Assembly (NCBI GenBank): GCA_035390665.1 | Contig: DAOOUC010000007.1 | Coordinates: 1 to 32,000, forward strand | Source: an archaeon | Lineage (GTDB): Archaea > Iainarchaeota > Iainarchaeia > Iainarchaeales > CSSED10-239 | Direction: 5' to 3' | Length of the DNA: 32,000 bases | Part shown: piece by piece, positions 28,086 to 32,000 of the stretch | Numbering within the stretch: the stretch's first letter is position 1 | How the letters are laid out: the number at the start of each line of letters is the position of its first letter | Translations under genes and position numbers: made by a program | Notes under the pieces: generated by a model | Databases searched by the model: none | Seen by the model: only the letters and a program-made list of their open reading frames with translations | What the model was told of the DNA's origin: nothing

Positions 28086-28652
28086 TTATTGTAATTTATA
28101 GGTTTTTTCTATAACACATCTTCTTGTTGGTTTTTTAGCTGTAGAATATTTCATAATTGTAATATTATCAAAATATGAATCAAAGTATTTTTCTTTTCCT
28201 TTTAAGAATTTCATAATTTTGGGATATAGCTTTTCATTACATTCTTCAGTAATAGTTGTGTGCAAATGTATTCCATTGTCTTCAATATTTTTGTGCCAAG
28301 TTAGCCATTTTAGTTTTTTTAATTCTTTGTGTAATTCTAAAATTATATTATTTATTTTTTGCGATTGACTTCCTTTTACAAAAACCACTCTTTTATGAAA
28401 ATTATCAAATCCACCAACTTTTATTTTTTGTTTAGTGTGTGTTTTTGAAAATTTAGAAAGAGTTTCTTTTAATTTCTCTAATTGTTTTGTATTTGCTTTA
28501 AATTTGTATTTTAAAGTAAAGTGTGCATAATTGTTTGCTTTCTTAGTGTGCATAAGACCAAATTCATTAGCGATTGCGCATACTAAATCTCTTCTATAGT
28601 TATCTATTTCTTTATTATGCAAAAAAAACAAACAATATTCCATATTATTCAT
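28086..28652 (-). CDS. 2'-5' RNA ligase/2H phosphoesterase superfamily protein
   Basis: Two H-x-[T/S]-like motifs: NNYAHFTLKYKF and DNGIHLHTTITEE. Confidence 0.75.
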   Translation of the reverse strand: MNNMEYCLFFLHNKEIDNYRRDLVCAIANEFGLMHTKKANNYAHFTLKYKFKANTKQLEKLKETLSKFSKTHTKQKIKVGGFDNFHKRVVFVKGSQSQKINNIILELHKELKKLKWLTWHKNIEDNGIHLHTTITEECNEKLYPKIMKFLKGKEKYFDSYFDNITIMKYSTAKKPTRRCVIEKTYKLQ

Positions 28653-28655
28653 CCT

Positions 28656-29930
28656 TTAAGGAGTTAATCTTTCTGGATCTCTTGGAAGAAGTACTGCTTC
28701 TTTGACGTTAGCAAGATTTAACATTAATTGTGTGATTCTATCAAGCCCTAAACCGGCACCGCCATGACTTGGAACACCATAACTTAACATCTTAACATAG
28801 TAGTCCATGTCTTCTAAGGACATTCCTTTTTCTAAGATTTGTTCTTTTAGAACAGAAGTTCTATGTTCTCTTTGAGCACCAGTTGATATTTCACAACCTT
28901 TCCAAATAAGATCAAAGCTTTTTGTTATCTTTAATCCATCTTCTTTCTCGTCTTTACACATATGATAGAATGGTCTTTTAGTGAATGGGAAATCAGTTAA
29001 GAAAACAAATTCAGAATTATATTTTTCTAAAACATAATCTCCAAGCATTTTTTCTCCTTCTGAATCTAAATCTTCTTCAGGAGGATAGTTTTTTCCTTTT
29101 GTTTTAAGAATAACTTTTGCTTCTTTCATTGTTATTCTTGGAATTTTTTCTGGTATCTTAATTTCAACCTTTAATATTTCAAGTTCTTGTTTACATTCTT
29201 TATCTATTTGTGTTAAAGTATATTTTAACATTTCTTCAAGAACAACCATTACTTCTTCTGGGTCTTTGATATATCCCATTTCCATATCAATTCCAGTAAA
29301 TTCAGTTAAATGTCTAGTTGTGTGACTTTTCTCTGCTCTAAATACTTCTCCAATCTCATAAACTTTATTAAATCCCCCAGCAATCATCATTTGCTTATAA
29401 ACTTGAGGAGATTGTGAAAGGAATGCTTTGTTTCCAAAGTAATTTATTTCAAATAATTCTGCTCCGCTTTCTACACCATTACTTACCATTTTAGGAGTGT
29501 TCATATTTATGAAACCTTGATTATCAAAGAAATCAGTAACTGCTCTAACAATCTTTGATCTAACTTTAAATATTGCAAGATTTTCTGGAACTCTTAAGTC
29601 CACATATCTGTAGTTGATTCTTGTATCAAATCCACTTTCAATCTTTCCAGAGATATCGAGAGGAACAGGAGCATCAGAAATGGAAAGAATATCTAAGGTT
29701 TCAGGAATCACTTCATAGCCATTCATTGCTTGTTCAGAATCTTTTTTAGTTCCAGAGACAACAACAACTGATTCTTTAGTAACCTCTTTTGCTTTGTTGA
29801 AAAGTTCAGGATTATCTTTCTTAAAGAAAGTAATTTGTTCTTTCTTGTATTGGTCTCTTAAGATAAAAAACATTAAGTTTCCAAAATTTCTTATCTCTGA
29901 GACATAACCTCTTGCTATATATTTTTCCAT
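28656..29930 (-). CDS. aspS: Aspartyl-tRNA synthetase, archaeal/eukaryal type
   Basis: Class II motifs FLSQSPQVYKQMMIAGGFNKVYEIGEVFRAEKSHTTRHLTEFTGIDMEM and C-terminal GGAGLGLDRITQLML. N-terminal OB fold. Confidence 0.93.
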   Translation of the reverse strand: MEKYIARGYVSEIRNFGNLMFFILRDQYKKEQITFFKKDNPELFNKAKEVTKESVVVVSGTKKDSEQAMNGYEVIPETLDILSISDAPVPLDISGKIESGFDTRINYRYVDLRVPENLAIFKVRSKIVRAVTDFFDNQGFINMNTPKMVSNGVESGAELFEINYFGNKAFLSQSPQVYKQMMIAGGFNKVYEIGEVFRAEKSHTTRHLTEFTGIDMEMGYIKDPEEVMVVLEEMLKYTLTQIDKECKQELEILKVEIKIPEKIPRITMKEAKVILKTKGKNYPPEEDLDSEGEKMLGDYVLEKYNSEFVFLTDFPFTKRPFYHMCKDEKEDGLKITKSFDLIWKGCEISTGAQREHRTSVLKEQILEKGMSLEDMDYYVKMLSYGVPSHGGAGLGLDRITQLMLNLANVKEAVLLPRDPERLTP

Positions 29931-29951
29931 TTTCTAACACCTTTATTTTTT

Positions 29952-31889
29952 TTATTTATTTCTAGATATCCTTTTCTCTTTGATTTCTTCATGTAGTTCT
30001 TTTATGAACGCTTCAATTTTTTGTTCTCCAAGTATTTCATTGTCTCTTGTTCTTATGTTTACTGTTTGATTCTTTGCTTCGCTGTCTCCGACTACAAGGA
30101 TGTAATTGATCTTTGAAAGCTCTGCATTTCTTATCTTCTTGTTCATTGTTAAAGCATTATCGTCTATCTCAACACGAAGACCTGCTTCTTTTAATTTCTT
30201 AGAAACAAAAGATGCATAGTCATTATGTCTGTCAGCGATTGGAAGCACAATTACTTGGACAGGAGAGAGCCACAATGGAAACTTTCCTTCAAATTCTTCA
30301 ACTAAGATTCCTAAAAATCTCTCAACACTACCATAGATTGCTCTGTGTATCATTACTGGTCTCATTTTTTCATTATTTGGTCCTTCATAAGTTAAATTAA
30401 ACTTCTCAGGCATTTGGAAATCAAGTTGTATTGTTCCACATTGCCAGTCTCTTCCAATTGCATCTTTTAAATGGAAATCAATCTTTGGTCCGTAGAAAGC
30501 TCCATCTCCCGGATTAAGCTTGTATTCTTTACCAAGAGTTTCAAGAACTTCTTTAAGAGTGTCTTCAGCTAAATCCCAAAGTGCTGGATCTCCCATTGCT
30601 CCTTCTGGTTTAGTTGAAAGTTCCATGTGATAAGAAAAACCAAAGACCTTGTAAACTTCGTCAAGAAGATTAATTAAATCAATAATCTCGTCTTTCATTT
30701 GATCTCTTGTACAAAATACATGAGCATCGTCTTGAGTAAAGCATCTTACTCTAAACATTCCTGAAAGTGCTCCTGAAAGTTCATGTCTATGAACTAATCC
30801 AAATTCTCCTGCTCTTATTGGTAAGTCTCTATAAGAGTATTGATGTGCTTTATAGACTAAAAGATTACCAGGACAGTTCATTGGTTTAACTGCAAAGTCC
30901 TGATCATCTATTTTTGTAAAATACATGTTGTCTTTATAGTGATCCCAATGTCCTGATTGTAACCATAATGATTTGTTTAGAATCATTGGTGTTTTGTTAA
31001 TCTCATAATTTCTTTCATAAAGTTTTTCTGTTAAAAACTCAACAAGTTTATTCCATATAATTGTTCCTTTTGTGTGAAAGAAAGGCATACCTGGTGCTTC
31101 TTCTTGGAAACTGAAAAGATCTAATTCTCTTCCAATCTTTCTATGGTCTCTTTTAGCTGCTTCTTCTAATCTAGTTAAGTATTCTTTTAGTTCTGTTGCT
31201 GACTGGTAAGATACACCATAGATTCTTTGTAATTGTTTATTCTTAGCATCTCCTCTCCAGTAGGCTCCTGATGCCTTTAATATTTTGAATGCTTTTATTT
31301 TTCCACTTGATGGGATGTGTGGTCCTCTACAAAGATCAATAAATTCTCCAAGCTTGTAGTAGGATAATTTCTCGCCTTTATCTTTAAGTTCATTTATCAT
31401 TTCTGTTTTGTAAGGTTGGTTCTTGAAAAGCTCTAAAGCTTTGTTAAAATCAACTTCATACCTTTCAAACTTAATATCTTCTTTAATAATTTTATTTACT
31501 TCTTCTTCTATTTTTTGTAATTCTTCTTCAGTAAAAGCCCTATTGATATCTACATCATAGTAGAATCCTTCATCAATTGCTGGCCCAATAGCAAATTTAA
31601 CTTCAGGGAATAATCTTCTAATTGCAAGAGCCATGATATGTGAAGAACTATGCCAAAAGATTTCCTTACCTTCTTTATCTTTATAAGTTATTACTAAAAA
31701 ATCTGTGTCTGTGGTAATAGGTGTTTCTAAGTCTATCAACTTCTGGTTTATTTTAGCAGCCATAGCTACTCTGAGTAGTCCTTCTCCAATATTTTCAAGG
31801 ATAACTTCCTTTGCTTTTTTTCCTGATTCTATTTCTTTAATATTACCATCAGGAAACTTTACATTTATTTTCATTTCTGATTCCTCCAT
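29952..31889 (-). CDS. thrS: Threonyl-tRNA synthetase, bacterial-type architecture (TGS + editing + catalytic + anticodon domains)
   Basis: TGS-like N-terminus, SSSHIMALAIRRLFP and CRGPHIPS editing motifs, MILNKSLWLQSGHW, KPMNCPGN, RVRCFTQDDAHVFC, HRAIYGSVERF. Confidence 0.96.
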   Translation of the reverse strand: MEESEMKINVKFPDGNIKEIESGKKAKEVILENIGEGLLRVAMAAKINQKLIDLETPITTDTDFLVITYKDKEGKEIFWHSSSHIMALAIRRLFPEVKFAIGPAIDEGFYYDVDINRAFTEEELQKIEEEVNKIIKEDIKFERYEVDFNKALELFKNQPYKTEMINELKDKGEKLSYYKLGEFIDLCRGPHIPSSGKIKAFKILKASGAYWRGDAKNKQLQRIYGVSYQSATELKEYLTRLEEAAKRDHRKIGRELDLFSFQEEAPGMPFFHTKGTIIWNKLVEFLTEKLYERNYEINKTPMILNKSLWLQSGHWDHYKDNMYFTKIDDQDFAVKPMNCPGNLLVYKAHQYSYRDLPIRAGEFGLVHRHELSGALSGMFRVRCFTQDDAHVFCTRDQMKDEIIDLINLLDEVYKVFGFSYHMELSTKPEGAMGDPALWDLAEDTLKEVLETLGKEYKLNPGDGAFYGPKIDFHLKDAIGRDWQCGTIQLDFQMPEKFNLTYEGPNNEKMRPVMIHRAIYGSVERFLGILVEEFEGKFPLWLSPVQVIVLPIADRHNDYASFVSKKLKEAGLRVEIDDNALTMNKKIRNAELSKINYILVVGDSEAKNQTVNIRTRDNEILGEQKIEAFIKELHEEIKEKRISRNK

Positions 31890-32000
31890 TTTGTTGACAC
31901 CTAAATTTTCCTATTACCACATAGTTAATTTTAGGTAAGGTCTATAATATATTATATAAAACAGAAATAAATATAAATAAACAAGAAAAAGAGAAAAAGT

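Noticed and set aside
29952-31889. Bacterial-type ThrRS (with DisA and YkuD) as proof of a bacterial genome
   Set aside because: Archaeal-type AspRS, U73 in tRNA-Thr, archaeal-like tRNA-Val and TATA-like promoters favour a DPANN-type archaeon, in which bacterial-type genes are often acquired. The assignment remains inference and a contig-level check is needed.
1-32000. CRISPR array, transposase or integrase genes
   Set aside because: No regularly spaced direct repeats and no transposase/integrase motifs were seen; the KilA-N protein is the only phage-like item.

Overview
AT-rich window that looks like a DPANN-type archaeal genome (Woesearchaeota/Pacearchaeota-like; this is inference). Supporting signs are an archaeal-type AspRS, a tRNA-Thr with a U discriminator, TTTATATA-like promoters, no CCA encoded at the tRNA ends, and many exported or membrane proteins. 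I can support about 25 protein genes and 4 tRNAs: Thr-UGU, Ser-GCU, Leu-CAA and Val-CAC. Recognisable products are a P-type cation ATPase (5' truncated), a bacterial-type DisA diadenylate cyclase, a radical SAM/SPASM protein, two glycosyltransferases, a ZIP metal transporter, a frame-disrupted SpoT/MESH1-like HD hydrolase, a TVP38/VTT membrane protein, a LolD/MacB-like ABC cluster, a secreted papain-like protease, a DUF333+Kazal-like protein, a membrane-anchored wHTH protein, an EndoIII-related HhH-GPD protein, a GGCT-like protein, a KilA-N protein, a 2H phosphoesterase, AspRS and ThrRS. The most notable item is a 1657-aa secreted protein (20814..25787). It appears to combine an NlpC/P60/CHAP-like Cys-His domain, an L,D-transpeptidase (YkuD) domain with an intact HGT...SHGC motif, and a C-terminal lysozyme/transglycosylase-like domain. 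That is a bacterial cell-wall-processing set in a probable archaeon with no peptidoglycan of its own. Other leads are a triple-hairpin intergenic RNA candidate upstream of tRNA-Ser, a 30-bp perfect palindrome inside the KilA-N gene with a partner motif in its 5' leader, a tRNA gene directly abutting a stop codon, and an unannotated 39-aa membrane microprotein.
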